In this document: positions 12,790-27,455 of the stretch, piece by piece
Layout of the letters: the number at the start of each line of letters is the position of its first letter
Numbering within the stretch: the first letter of the stretch is position 1
DNA from: the human T2T-CHM13v2.0 reference genome, Homo sapiens
Assembly (NCBI RefSeq): GCF_009914755.1
Contig: NC_060925.1
DNA: 64,000 bases
Direction: 5' to 3' (one strand)
Made by a program: the position numbers and the translations under genes
The notes under the pieces: generated by a model
What the model saw: the letters and a program-made list of their open reading frames with translations, nothing else
Databases searched by the model: none
What the model was told of the DNA's origin: nothing

Positions 12790-13020
12790 CCAGGAAGTCT
12801 TCTCTGAGCACCTCCACAGGTGGCTCAGGGCTGGCCTCCTCCTGGCTTCCGTGGCACTCTGTGCTTATGGCATTGCTGTGGATGTGTCTGTCTCCCTACC
12901 TAGGTCGTGAGCTCTCAAGGGTAGGCACCAAGCCTGATTCTTCCCTGTGCTCCCAGCCCCTGAATTGGCCCAGCCCCAAGCAGGCTCTGGGAGGGTTGAT
13001 GGAACGGGTCAGTGAAGCAG
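12790..13020 (+). mobile_element. L2 3' fragment
   Basis: 'aggaagtcttctctga', 'tgtctgtctcccta...gtgagctctcaagggtagg'. Confidence 0.6.
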
Positions 13021-13334
13021 AGGGAGGACCCCGCCGAATACCCTGTGGTTGGTGTCTTGGGGAGCTCTGCATTAGCTGCCTTACAGACTTTCCAGAAACA
13101 CCAAGAAATACCAGCTCTAGACAAACCAAAGAAATGAATCCAGTTTTCAGAGTGGAAACTGACGCCCAGCCGGGGACAGGTGGTGCCTAGGGATGCAGGA
13201 CCTCTTGGTGGTAGAGAAGTCTTAAGGGGGCTCAGTGCAAACTCCCTTAGGCCTCTCCACCCTCCTGCTGCCTCTGAGACCTCAGTAAGAGCCTGCGGAA
13301 GCTCACTCAGGGCTGTGCTCTGGGGGACTCATTT

Positions 13335-13650
13335 CTATTCCTTCCAATAGACACCTTCCAGGCCCTGGGCTTGGCCTGGGACTTAGTCCTGGTGCTCACG
13401 GAGCCGTACAGACATGGACCAAAAGAGCTGCAAAGCGGGGTGAAAATCTAATAACAGAAATGTGCACAAAAGTGCCACCACGGAAGATGGGGGAGGTCAG
13501 GGGAGACACCATGGAAGGAATGACATCTAAACTGGGTCTTAAATGAGAGTTTACAAGAGGACTAAGTGGAGATGGGAGATGAGAGGAAGTGGGTGGTTCA
13601 GTGAAAGAGAAATGTGCAAAGACAGAGAAACATGAAACAACACAGCAAAA
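13335..13650 (-). mobile_element. L2 fragment
   Basis: 'ggtcaggggagacaccatggaaggaatgacatctaaactgggtctt'. Confidence 0.55.
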
Positions 13651-15129
13651 TGGGGATCTGCCCAAGCCAAGTGGTGGGGCTGAAGCCCCCAAAACAGAAG
13701 GGAACCTGCACTTTAAGGCTGAAGCAGTGGGCAAGGCCACATCAAGAAGGACTTGAAAGCTACACTAAGCCAACTGGACCCCAGCTGGTAGGAAAAGAGC
13801 CTTATATTTGCAGTCCGTGTGCCTCATGCAGAGCTCCCTTCCACCAACCCCAAAGTGGGAAAAGGCACTGGCATATGACATAATCCTATTCTATCCCTTA
13901 CCCAGGCAACCCCCTAGGCCCTGTAACAAACACTTCACCACTGATGGGAACTCCTCTTAGCCACAGACATCCTTGCATCTCAGAGCTGGAGCTGTGAAGT
14001 GCTAACAATTAATCATTGCAGAGATGAGTTCACGGTGACTTCAGAATATGGAGTCCTTAGGGATAAGTTTTATAAACAGGTTTGGAACTTCAGCAAAAAC
14101 AGCTTCTCTTGAGTCTGAGTAAAGGAAAGGGTTATTGCCTGGCTCAGGGCTGGTATGGCCATGGCTGGAGGCTGGGAGGAAGCCCACAATGGCTGTGTGT
14201 TTTCCCGTGAGATTTTACCTACACTGAAAATCCTGGAGCATCTTCTTGGACTCTCACTAGGGCCCAGGACTCAGTAAAAATTCAAGAGCATGAGTCAAAG
14301 CAGCCTGGCAGAGGATAGAGCTAAGTTAGAAGAGGCTCAGGACCTGGAGGCAGCCCTCTGTGGTGCTGCCCCTCACTGCCATCTCTATACCAGCACTTCG
14401 AGGTTCTTCCCATCACCACCCTCCTGGTCCTATCACTGCTGGTGACCCTCATAACCCATGGAGGAACTCAGCAAGTTGTGTGGGGTGCAGGGTGTTGCTA
14501 CAGAGCTCAGATGACTATCAGTTCCTAATTGGTTAGCAGCTGTGTGGTCCTTTGTCCTGTCTTCCAAAAGCACTGCCTTTAAAAAAGACCTTTGCCTGAC
14601 CTTGAGATCAAGTCTGCTCTTTTGACAAATGTGGAAACTGAGCCCCAGCAAGGGGAAGTGGTTAACCCAGGGTCATGAGGGGAGGTGGGGACAGGGGTGC
14701 GGGAGGACCCAGGTCTCCTCACTGTCTGCCTCACCACTCTGACTTCCTGGAGGTGACTCAGCGAGACAAGCAGCAGAGGAAGGAAGTGGGAAAGGGAAGC
14801 CCAGCCTGCTGGATTCCAGGTCACCACTTTGTTAGTCCAAAGCCACCAACCACCTTGGCCATGCAGCTCTGCCTGGTGCCAGTGACCTTCCAGCCCTTCC
14901 TTCCCAAGGCTGCAGCTGCTGACCATTTCCTCCAAGGCCAAGCTCACATGGCCTCTCCAGGGTCTCCAGCGACTCCCTGCTGTACAGTCCCATGGTGCTG
15001 CCCTCCTGCTGGGGTCAGGAGTCACCTCCATAGACCTGGCATCTGGCTGAACCTGTGCAGGCCGAAGGTTCATCAGTGAGATGAGAGGAGGTGTAATTAC
15101 TGCCTCATGTTTAATAGCTGGGCTCTGGG

Positions 15130-15270
15130 GCCTGTTTTCAGTTTTCATCACTTGCTGGCCATGGGTGCTTTGATCAACCTCCCTGAACTCAGTTTCTTTA
15201 ATCTGTAAAATGAGATTACATGCAACAGTATCTACTTTGTAGGTTGCTTGCAGGATTAGATGAGATAATG
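15130..15270 (+). mobile_element. MIR fragment
   Basis: 'ctcagtttctttaatctgtaaaatgag...aggttgcttgcaggattagatgagataatg'. Confidence 0.7.
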
Positions 15271-15319
15271 GCCAGCCGCAGACCATGAACTTAAGACACA
15301 TTGGCTCTTGACATCATTG

Positions 15320-15470
15320 ACTATGCTAGGTGTGTTTACATGCATCCTCTCATTTAATCTTCACAACAACCTGCCAGGTGGATACCATTATTCTCTTTCA
15401 CTGGTGAGGTGAGGGCACACAGCTCATGGCCAGACGTGAACCTGGTTCTGTCTGATTCCAGAGCCTAAAT
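15320..15470 (-). mobile_element. MIR fragment
   Basis: 'ctcatttaatcttcacaacaacc...gtctgattccagagcc'. Confidence 0.7.
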
Positions 15471-16496
15471 ATTCTCCTACCAGCTACAGAACCTTCTCTT
15501 ACTGTTATATGGTCAAGTGCCTGTTTTTGCCCTATCACCACGTGCTTGTGTGGACAGGGCCTCTTCTCCTTCTCCCTGGATTCCAGTCCTGGCTCTGACA
15601 CTTCTCAGGAATGAGACTTGTCTCTGAGCCCCCACTGTCCCATCCATACACTGAAAAATTGGCACTCCCCCAGCCTTCTTCTTGGAGGAACACACAAGAG
15701 GACGGATGTGATGGTGTTTTGCAAACTGTACCTTGCTGTTTGAATGCAAGGTGCTACTCCCCCAAACAGAAATGCTTTTGGGACTGTTGCGAGTGCAGCC
15801 TGAGGGCAGAGATCCAGGAGGACCAGGGCCTGTAGGAGTACCTGCCTTGGCCACCACAGGAATTGCTGCAGGTCCCTTCAGTTTGTGGCTTTCTATATGT
15901 TGAGAGCAGGTCCTTGAGAGCAAGGCGGGGAGGCTGCAGATACAGTACAAGTCTTTGTTTCCTTGCCTGTTTCCTCCACTGCACTGTAAGTTCCTCAAGG
16001 GAACTGGACTGGCTCACAGCACATCCCTTGGATGGATGGCATTCACCCCCCTCTCCAGCCACATGGGCTCCTGGGAGCTCACCAAGTGGGCCATGCTGCT
16101 TTGCCCCCATGCCCAGCTCAACTCCCCACGGGAAGAGATCATCTTTCTCTCATGAACCCAGGTCCCCACCTCAACTGTAGCACTTACTATATCACAAACC
16201 CGATTTCTACCTTGAATCCTTTTTGGAACAGAGTCAGGGTTTGAATAAATAAATATACTTGAACTTATTTGTTTTCTGTCTGTTTCTTTTGCTGGATTGT
16301 AAGTTCCCTAAGGCACCTTCTGTGTGATACTCATCTTTGTAACTCTCAATAACCAGCACCAGGAACCTTTGGGGTATGTGTAGCATGGTTCTCTCTCCAA
16401 CCCGCCTCTCTGTCTTGCAAACTCCCCCTCTCTCAGGGGCTGGTGTGTGTTGGAACTGTGTGTAACAGTGGAAACAACAGGCACCAGTGGATCTGA

Positions 16497-16916
<420 letters not shown>

Positions 16917-17254
16917 TAGACTGTATTTTCAAAGTCACCACTTAAGTAATCTCCTCCAGAACAATGGGCCCATCGATGTTCAAGATACACAATGGGGAGA
17001 AAGCAAGGAGTAGGAATCCATCAAAAGCCCCGTACAGTTGTCTTCTTTTCTCCTTGACTTTGCCGTTGATGAGTTTACATGCCTGACCACTTCCAGGACA
17101 TATCAAGCCTGGACATAGCTGGATTGTGAGAGTGTGCTGTGTACTTCTAAGTACTGACTGGAACCATGCAAAAGCCCAGCCTCTTTTATGGGTCAAGGAG
17201 TCCTGGTGAAGACAGTATCAAGCCTTCTGGGGGTGGGGATGGAGTATAAACAGA

Positions 17255-17400
17255 CAGCAGTTCTGAGACCCCAGAACCCAGGAAGCAGTTCTAGCTGCTA
17301 TGAGTCCCTGGTTCTCATCTGTGAAAAGGGAGAATAATAAAATCCACCCTGCAGAGTTATCAGAGGAGCAGCATGAGATTACAATATATAAACACAGGAG
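17255..17400 (+). mobile_element. MIR fragment
   Basis: 'gttctcatctgtgaaaagggagaataataa'. Confidence 0.6.
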
Positions 17401-17412
17401 CATGGTAAGAAT

Positions 17413-17870
17413 GGATTCATTCACTCCACAAATAATCATTTAGCATCTACTATGGACCAGGCCCTGGTCCAGGCACTGGGCACAATATACAGCCAGTGGC
17501 ATGTGGGCTGGTCCTGAGTGCTATCAAGAAAGGTGAAGCAGAAAAAGGGAACACGGAATGGGGGTGGTGGCAGTAGGAGGTGCTGCCATGTTAAGTAGGG
17601 GACCAGAGAAGGCTTCACTGAGAAAGGGACATTTAAGTAAAGACCCAAAGGAAGTGAGGGATGGGCCATGTGCATATGCTTCCTAACAGAGGAAACAGTA
17701 AGTGCAAAGGCCCTGAGGCCAGAGTTTGTAGAACAGTACACAGTCCAGAGGATATGGGGGCAAGAAAATCACTGGGGCTGTGAAGGCATTTATGCAACTT
17801 CTGAATTTCACTCAGAGACAGGAAGCTATGGGGGGTTTTCCAGCCAAGATGACATAACCTGACTTTTAGA
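17413..17870 (-). mobile_element. L2 (L2a-like) fragment including 3' tail
   Basis: 'attcattcac...catttagcatctactatg', 'gaaggcttcactgagaaagggacattt', 'tgcaaaggccctgagg'. Confidence 0.8.
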
Positions 17871-18331
17871 GCTAATCACTAAACTTTAGCTGCCCCTTCT
17901 CTTCAAAGCCTCATTTAATATCCAGACCTCTGCAACTCCAGCCTATGTGCCTCTCCTTTCTCAGATTTCTTCCAGCTTTCCACATCTCTCCAAACCAAGA
18001 GGGCTTCATCATGCTCTGCCACATGCAGGCTGGAGAGGGACCTCGCAGAGAGGCTGTAGTTGGGAAGGGAGAGAAACAGAGCAGTCTTAGGTAATGGATC
18101 TTGCTCTCCTCTCTCTGTGCTCTGAAGGCCTCTGGGCCTGGCCCAGCTGCAGCAAACGCACACACTTAGGTGCACGGCGATGCTGGGAGCAATGACAGAG
18201 TCCCCGGTGCCCCTTCATCATCTGAGAAAGCTCAGTGCAGAACTGGGAATTTCACTCCATGCTCCCTCACCCTGCTTATCTACCAAAAGGTGAAATCATT
18301 TGTTTTAAAATAAAACAATTCCCATATCTGT

Positions 18332-18482
18332 CAGTGGTTTTTAACCTTTTTTGGGTCACTGGCTCCTTTGAGAATCTGCTGAAAGCTATGAGCTATCAGA
18401 AAATGAACATGAGATATGTACTCATTTTCTTATCATTTTAGGGGTTTCACAGATCCTTGAAAATTCGGTGAAGAAACCATTA
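18332..18482 (+). mobile_element. hAT-Charlie DNA transposon remnant (Charlie4z-like)
   Basis: 'cagtggtttttaaccttttttgggtcactggctcctttgagaatctgctgaaagctatg'. Confidence 0.6.
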
Positions 18483-18740
18483 TCTAAGCCAACAATTTCC
18501 CAGCCACAGCTCCAGATGAATGAATGAATGAATGAACAAATAAATAAAGAGGCTGAGTGCAGATGGAGGAACGATGGGGGATGAACAGAGCAGAAAGATG
18601 CATGTGCCTGTGGGCACCACGGTTCTTGTTGATAGTTCCTGACACCTTCAAAGAAGCCAACTGGGAAGTGATATGGGGTCAGGGTGTGCTTGACAGGTGA
18701 CCTCCAGATAGCCAAGCCGATCTTCTTCAGTTCCTCTCGT

Positions 18741-18797
18741 CTGACCCCTTCTGTTGTTCTCCTCTGACCCCTTCTGTTGCTCTCCTCTGGCCCCTCT
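18741..18797. repeat. 23-bp tandem repeat, ~2.5 copies
   Basis: ctgaccccttctgttg(t/c)tctcct at 18741-18763 and 18764-18786, plus a partial third copy. Confidence 0.9.
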
Positions 18798-20021
18798 GGG
18801 TGACTATCGTCCTAAAAGGTATCAAAGCACACTTCCCTGTCTTTCTCAGGGTGTCCTGAACAAAACAGGACTCTTTTCCTGGATGGCTATGGGGCAAGAG
18901 AATGAACGTAAATTCAGATGTATAAAATGTAAGCAATCACTTTTTCTGGTCATATGGCTGACCTGGCTGAGGCCCAGAGCCCCCACATCGGTCCCTCCCC
19001 AGCCCTCTTTCTGGGATCCAGGTTTCTGGCCTCCCAGTTCATTTTAATTTTTGATACATCTCCAGGGAAGGTGGAATGAACACTTAACTCATTCTTAAAG
19101 TCACAACTCCCACTGTGAAACTTTTAACACAATCTCATTTTTTTCTAATCATTGTTCTACACTGTAACATAGGGAGACCTTAGGTGGACTAGGGTGGGTA
19201 GGAATCCGTCCAAACACACAATGGTCCCAGGGAACTCTTCTGACAGAGAAGCACCTCCAAGGCCCCGGTGATGTGGCTCCGCCACCTCTCCTCTGATCAT
19301 TCTGCCTCCTCCTCGGCACCATGCTCCAGACATCCTGAGCTGGGAGTTCCCCAAACGGATCTGTTTTTTTTTTTTGCCTCTGTTGCTTCATGTGTGCTGT
19401 GCTGGCCACCTGGAACACAGGCCACCACCTGCTTGTCTCACAAGAAAGCTCTTACCTCTCTGCTCAAGCTCACCTCCCAGCCTCCTCAGAGAGCCCATTT
19501 CCTTCCCCTGGGAATCCCGCGTCCTCACCTTAACCTCAGCACTTAGGACACTGTATTTCCAACTTCTAAAAAAAATCTTTTTGGGAGAATAAAGTTACAG
19601 TTTAGAGAAAGACACTTACAAGTGTTTACTTACCGATTCATTTCATGAACTGAGTCTTATTTATCTTTGTTTCCCCAGCAAACAGCACAAGGTACGTATT
19701 GATGTTTCCGTAGGTATTTGCAAATAAATGTTTTCCTGGTAGAGTGGTTCTCTCTCTACCCTTCCAGCTAGATTGTCTGTTGTGACCTCAACCCCCTGCT
19801 GGTAGGGTCCCACCTTTCACTGGCCTCCCTCGGCCTCCACAGGGCACCTGTTAGAACTGTGTGCAAACCACGAGGGAATAGGCGCTGAGGGGCTCTCTCG
19901 GGAGTGAACTCGCCAACTTAGTGTTTGGAGGTTGTGCCTCAAGTTACGGCTGCCCTGGTGAGTCTGTGCTTTCTGGGATCCGGGTGGGTAGGGTCACTGG
20001 TGGGGAAACCTCCTCCAGCAA

Positions 20022-20035
20022 GTTGTCATAGTAAC
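20022..20035. promoter_or_regulatory. RFX X-box motif
   Basis: GTTGTCATAGTAAC matches the quasi-palindromic X-box; near-consensus kB site AGGACTTTCC follows immediately (20037-20046). Confidence 0.45.
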
Positions 20036-20589
20036 CAGGACTTTCCATTTCACGGGAGAGAGTCCCTGGGAGGAAAAACACACCAAGGGCTTGGGAGGAG
20101 TGGTAGGAAGCCATGAAAAGCCTTCTGACACTGTCCTCCTGTACCCTTTGCTTTGCTTCCTACTGGTTTACATGCTCAAGGTAGAGGCCATTATGTGTGG
20201 GCATCTGAGTAGAAGCTGCTGAAAATAGCCGCCCGACTATTTCAGGGAGCAGCTGAATATGCATGAAGCTATTTTAGAAAAGATGTCCCTGGCCCAGCTA
20301 ATCCAAACCCCATCCTTTCCCTTAGAAGTGCCAAGACAAGTTGAATGGGACCTTTCTTAGTCTTTCCCACTAGGGTGGGGGTGCTTCAGAAGCCACAGAA
20401 ACAACACCCTGGCTAATGTTGGCCTTGCAGCCTGTCGGCTCCGCCTCCCAGTCCCGTGGTCACAGAGGCTTCTAGCCAGACAGCTCAGCCTTCCACGGTC
20501 CTCCGGGGCCTTGGCAGCCTTCAACAACTACTTTGCCACAATCCCGTGTGCCTAGGTCCTTGGGAGTCTCAGATCTTAGATATTTCCAC

Positions 20590-20860
20590 ATTTGTTCATT
20601 TATTCATTCAATACACTTGTATTGCTGGATAACATGTGTGAGGATTGTTTTGGGTGCTGGGAAAAAATGGTTTCTGACACCAGCTTATGGCAGGGGAGTG
20701 TGGACAGGTGAGTAGAAAGACAATAACCATAAAGTTCCAAAACAGAGAGGAATCAGGTGTTGGGAGGTTGGGGAAGGAGCCCATGCTTCTTCCTGATGGC
20801 TGGAGAAAGAAGATGGCATTTGAGCTGAGCCTTGTCTGAGAAACATGGCTGGCTCAAGGG
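20590..20860 (-). mobile_element. L2 fragment
   Basis: (TTCA)-type tail and 'ggcatttgagctgagccttg'. Confidence 0.6.
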
Positions 20861-21149
20861 GCAGGGGATGGCTGGGTGTGGCAGGGGCACCCTGGTGGAA
20901 GGGTGTGCCTGACAGGAAGTGAGAAAGAAGGGCAGGAGATTGTGGGGACACTGAATGCTGGGCTAGCAATGCCTTCTCTGAGTCCTCAGGCTGGGATGGG
21001 GAGCACCCCGCTTCCACGAGCCTGAAGTGCCTGGTGCACCCTTGCCACTGCCTTCAACCTAGACCGGAAGTGCCTTGGGCCAGGAGCCTGGTCAGATCCT
21101 CCTGAGCATCTCCAGAGCCCTGTGCCAGGCTTGGGACTGAGTACACTTA

Positions 21150-21725
<576 letters not shown>

Positions 21726-21929
21726 TATTCTAAAGAATATGGATTTTTATCTTGAAATGGAGTGCCATCAATAACAAGTTTTCCTTCTAAATTGAAAATA
21801 GCTTTATTGCTTTGACTGATCATATCATATGTACCTACTGTAAAAAGTTAAAGCATTATCAGTATAAAGAAGAAGAGAAAAAAATCCTCCCCTTAAATCC
21901 TGACTCAGATAACTACTGACATGACCATC

Positions 21930-22288
21930 TGCTATGGCCTGAATGTATGTATCCCTCCAAAATTCATATGTTGAAATCCTGACCATCAAGGTGATAGTAT
22001 TAGGAGGTGGGGCCTTTGGGAGGTGATTAGGTTCTGGGGACAGAATCTTCATGAACGGGATTAGTGCCCTTATAAAAGAGGCCAAAGAAAGACTTCTCAT
22101 CCTCTCTACCATTTGAGAACACAGCAAAAAGGTAACACCTATGAATCAGACAGTAGAGCCTCATCAGATCACGAATCTGCCTTGATCTTGAATTTCCCAG
22201 CCTTGAGAACTGTAAGAAATAGATTTCTGTTTTTCTAAGCCACTCAGTTTATGGTATTTTGTTATAGCAGCCTGAATGAATGAAGACA
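21930..22288 (+). mobile_element. MaLR solo LTR, MLT1A-like, complete
   Basis: TG...CA termini; 'aaaattcatatgttgaaatcct', 'tttgttatagcagcctgaa'; 5-bp TSD ccatc/ctatc. Confidence 0.9.
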
Positions 22289-22303
22289 CTATCTTTTTAG
22301 ATA

Positions 22304-23211
<908 letters not shown>

Positions 23212-23299
23212 ACATCTTTCTATATATATGGATGTACGCTTCTGTGCAATTTGGAATGGACGTTCCATACCCTTTTGATACTTTAAAAAATCATGTTAA

Positions 23300-24760
23300 T
23301 ATGTCAAAGGCATCTTTCCATTTTCATAAATACAGGTCCTCAGATGGCTGCATCACTGTGCACGTCTCTGTAATGAATAACCAGTAGCTCCCTATTGATG
23401 GACAATTTGGTTGCTTCCCATTATTTGCTATTACAAACAATACTATGATGAACATCCTTATTGGTAATAATAAAAGAGCTAGCATTTATTCAGCACTTAG
23501 TAGGGGCCCAACCCTCTGCTAAGAGTTTTATAAGTGTTATCTCATTTAAGCTTTGCCACAAGCCTATGAAAGTGGTATTATTATGCCCACTTTGCAGATG
23601 AGGACTTTGATGCTTAGAGATGTTAAGGAACTTTTCCAGGGCCAGGTGGCTTGAAACAAGGTCTCTCTGATCTCAGACTCCACACTCTTAACTAATGCTC
23701 TGCTGCTTTCCTACACACATAAACCTTGGGCACTTTAGGATACTTGTTTAGAAGTGAACTACTGAGTTGAAAGGTGGGGACATTTGAAAGTATCAATATA
23801 TAATCTCCCCTCCAGAAAATGTGTATCAATTCGTGACCCACTAAACAGTGCTCCAGTGTTCCTGTTTCTCATTCTGCATTTCCCCAAGTATTTTCATTCT
23901 TTGAAATGGCCCCCAAAGGACACTTTGATTGTTTAATGTGTCTCCTTTGCCCCTGGGTGATGACTCTTCACATGCTTTGTATCCTCTGTATTTTGTCATT
24001 TATGAATTGCTTGTTCATAGCCTCTGCCCATTTTTCCGCTGGCAATTTGTCTTTATCTAATACTTCACTTACAAGAGCTCTTTGGGTATTAGTGCTGCTA
24101 ACCTTTTACCCATCATGCCTATGTTGAAATACTTTTCTTAGTTTGTTATCATCCTTTAACCTGATTGTTGTGGGGTGGGGTGTTTGCCCATAGGGTTTTT
24201 AATTGTTTTCCTTCACAGTTTCTGGATTTGATATTACACGTAAGGAGGCATTCGTCATTCCGGTATGACACAAATATTCCCTCGTTGTCTTTCTTTTAGT
24301 ATCATTATGGTTTCATGTTTTTTAATCTCCTTGGAATTTATTTTGGTGTAGGAACTGAGGTAGGGAGCCAGTTGTATTCCCTCTCCTCCATACAAATAGC
24401 TCGTTGGTTGTCTTTAGAACACATCAGGAATCACCTGCATTTTCATCTCTAATTATCAATGCCATGCATTCACATACCAATCCTCACGTACACTGATATC
24501 TACTTCTGGGCTCTCTGTTCCTTGAGCCACAGGTCTATTTCTGTACCAACACTGATTTTTTTTCTAGGCCATTCATCCATGTTTATTTTTCCAGATGTAC
24601 TTTGTAAACATTTTATGAAAAATTTTTTTTGGGATTTCGAGATTCAATTTTATTTATAGAACAATTTATAATACCTTCTTCAGTTGACTCTTCATAATTT
24701 TATGCTTTTATTTCTTTGGAGAATGAAGTCTTTTTCCCTCTATGCTTTCTAACTGCCTTA
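23300..24760 (-). mobile_element. Old L1 (L1ME-like) fragments interrupted by a MIR at ~23465-23700
   Basis: T-rich; 'cctattgatggacaatttggttgcttccc...tttgctattacaaacaat...atgaacatcctt', 'tgcttgttcatagcctctgcccatttt'. Confidence 0.7.
23465..23700 (-). mobile_element. MIR, near full length
   Basis: 'gctagcatttattcagcactt...tttgcagatgaggac...tctctgatctcagactc'. Confidence 0.8.
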
Positions 24761-24869
24761 TTTTGGTACCACCTTCTTGATGAAAGCTTTTCTACTCAGC
24801 CCTGCAAGAGTCTTTTCTAATCTCTCCCCACTCAGCACTCGGCCTTTTGCATGCCCCACCCGACCTTTT

Positions 24870-25020
24870 TACCCAAAATTATAATTACTGCTTAGACAGT
24901 GAGCTCCTTGAAGGCAGGTTCCTTGCATGGCCTATTTATACATTTCCTACCACACCTGGCAGGTTGTCGGGGCTCTGGAGATATTTGCCGGGTGAATGAA
25001 TGAATGAACAAGTGAATGAA
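24870..25020 (+). mobile_element. L2 3' end with (TGAA)n tail
   Basis: 'gtgagctccttgaaggcagg...tgaatgaatgaatgaa'. Confidence 0.75.
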
Positions 25021-25289
25021 AGACATCCTCCTGGAAAGCTAATTGTGAAATGAAACAAATCGATTACAAAAACCCTCTTTCATAGGCTTTCATTAGAAAA
25101 CAAAATATTTGTCCTTGGCTAAATCTCCAAGAACGTGTCAGAATGAGAGAAGTGGCTCACTACTAGACTGCGTGTCATGTGCAACATGCCCCAACACCTG
25201 TCCTCAGAGACTGCCATCCTCACCAAGCAACAGGGCACTTCTCAGGCAGGCTCTCAGGCCCTAAAAGGCCTCCAGGAGAAGGAACACAA

Positions 25290-25460
25290 TTATTCACCAT
25301 GTGCCTGTCGCTGAGCTAGACTTTTACCAATAAGATACAACACCCTGAAAGTTGGGATCACTAGTCTCATTTTGCAAATGAGGAAACTGAGTCTCAGAGA
25401 GATGTAACCCTACCTAGTAAGTGGTAGGGCCTGCTGAAGTCAGGGCTGTGGGACTCTAAA
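25290..25460 (-). mobile_element. MIR fragment
   Basis: 'cattttgcaaatgaggaaactgagtctcagagag'. Confidence 0.75.
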
Positions 25461-26454
25461 AACCTCGCCTCTCCTATAATAACCTCCAGACCACCAGAGT
25501 CTGGGAGGTTGAGGGGCTGTGGCCCAGAGGGGAATGCTATACAGAGTCAAAGAGCAAGGGTCCTGCTGTCACTAAACCAAGACAGTCCCTAGAAAACTTG
25601 TTTCCCCCAAAGCTGTATGATGCCGCTTCTATAAATCATTCCTAAAGAGCTTGGGTCAAAGAGCTACTGTCAGGCAGGGGGCACATCACACAGGCATTAT
25701 TGTTGCTATGGGACTGGGGAGTGGAGGTATGGGGGAGGTGGTGGACTCGCCATGGAGGCGGGGTGTTGGTCTCCAGTACCTATCTGGAGATGGCCCTCCA
25801 GAGTCCTCCTCCTTGCTTGCCCAGGGGGTTGTGGCTTTTAGACAGCCCTGCAGTTCCATCCTGGGAGTGCTGCCAAGCAGCCACTTCCTTATCAGGCTGG
25901 CAGTAGCTGGGCAGGCCTCAGCTTATTTCTAAGTCTGGATTAGAGCTCAGGTTTCTCATGGAGGACCATGGGTTGGGGGCCAATACATTTACTGGACTTG
26001 ACTTTGTGCCTGGCCCAGTGTAGGCCCCAGGGACATGGGGATGAGCAGCCTACAAGCCTCCTGCTTCATGCAGCTCCATTCCAATCAGGAGGTGAATCAC
26101 AAGGAAAACCCCCAACCCTGCCCAAGAGCCACAGTAGAGATCTCTAATGCTGAGGGTGCCCAGATTTGGGGGGTCAGCCGGCTGCAGACTGTGGAGGTTG
26201 GATGTCAGGTGAGGGCATATGGGCTTCATCCTGTGGGCAGAGAGAAATGCCCTACATTCTGAAGCAAGAGCCTGCCATGGTTAGATTTGTGCTTTAGAAA
26301 CAGACCAACTAGGTATATTCGTTTTCAATAAACGTGAATTCTTTCTCAGGTGAAAATTAAAGTGTTTCCATTTTGGACAAATAATCCCAACGTAAGGAAT
26401 CACAGCAGATGGCTATGGGCCTGGATGAGCCACTTACCTATGGGGCTGATGAAT

Positions 26455-26625
26455 GGGAAGAGCCCTGGGCTTGGAGTGAGAGACCCACATCCACGGTCAA
26501 GTCCCTGCCACCATCTTGCTGTGTGACCTCCAGCAAATGACTTCCCCATCTCAACCTCGGTTTCCTCATCTATCAGACAGGAATACTGCCACCTAATACA
26601 CAGGGCCGTCTTCAGGACAAAATGG
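26455..26625 (+). mobile_element. MIR
   Basis: 'gctgtgtgacctcc...cctcggtttcctcatctat'. Confidence 0.7.
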
Positions 26626-27254
26626 GGTATCAAATGGCACTGTATATTTGTACCTACTTGACAAATGTGAGGCATGAGGGTGAGACTCCTGAAGACCAGT
26701 CCACACCCCTGAGGGCATTTCAGATGCCCCACAGCCTGCAATGTCTTGGGAAGTCTCTCTCAGCTGTTCCAGCTCCAGTCAAAGACTATCCTGTCAAAAC
26801 ATGACCCCATCCAGAGAAGCAATCTCCCGTGTGTTTGGTGGGCCACCTGCCCACGGGGCGCAGCCTGCTGGGCCACGAACATCAACAGCAGCCCCTTCCT
26901 GGTGGGAGAAGGAACAGGGAGCTGGCTTGTTCTCTAAGAGCACAGTGCTGGCGGGTGACGAGGCACATTTTAAGGTGGGATGCTTCTTCCTGCACCGTTG
27001 GCAGCTGTCTACATAAGGTGCCCATTATGTGCAGGCCCCAAGGCCAGCGGGCCTGAGAGGCCAAGCTAAAATTACTGTCAGATGTGCACCCGCCAGACAC
27101 ACTGAACATCTGAAGGTCAGATGCCTCCAAGCAGCCACCCGGGCAGGAGCGTGGCAGATGGGCACCAAACAGCTGTGGCAGCTGCTGCCTCTTGTTCCTC
27201 CCAAGCACAGAGACAGACGGCCCTGTGCAGCAGCCTGGTTCAATAGCCCAGCTT

Positions 27255-27455
27255 GAGTTAAAAAATAGAATGTAGAGTATAATCCTAATTTAAAAAAAAA
27301 AATCTGCGTAACTGCATAGAAAAAAAGGTGGAAGAGGAATTCACTAAATAGCCCAGTCACGGATGTGGAATAGTAGGTGAATTTTTTTTCCTCTACTTTC
27401 CAAAATTTTCTCAATACATATGTATTACTTTTGTAATCAGAAGAATACACAATAA
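27255..27455 (+). mobile_element. Old L1 (L1ME-like) 3' end
   Basis: AT-rich; 'aaattttctcaatacatatgtattacttttgtaatcag'. Confidence 0.55.

Noticed and set aside
14579-15301. Longest ORF (240 aa, minus strand)
   Set aside because: Runs through MIR fragments at both ends; no recognisable domain or exon structure; consistent with a chance ORF
26351-26392. Possible 42-nt plus-strand micro-exon (tttctcag...AAC|GTAAGG)
   Set aside because: Weak donor and unrecognised peptide; not supportable without RNA data
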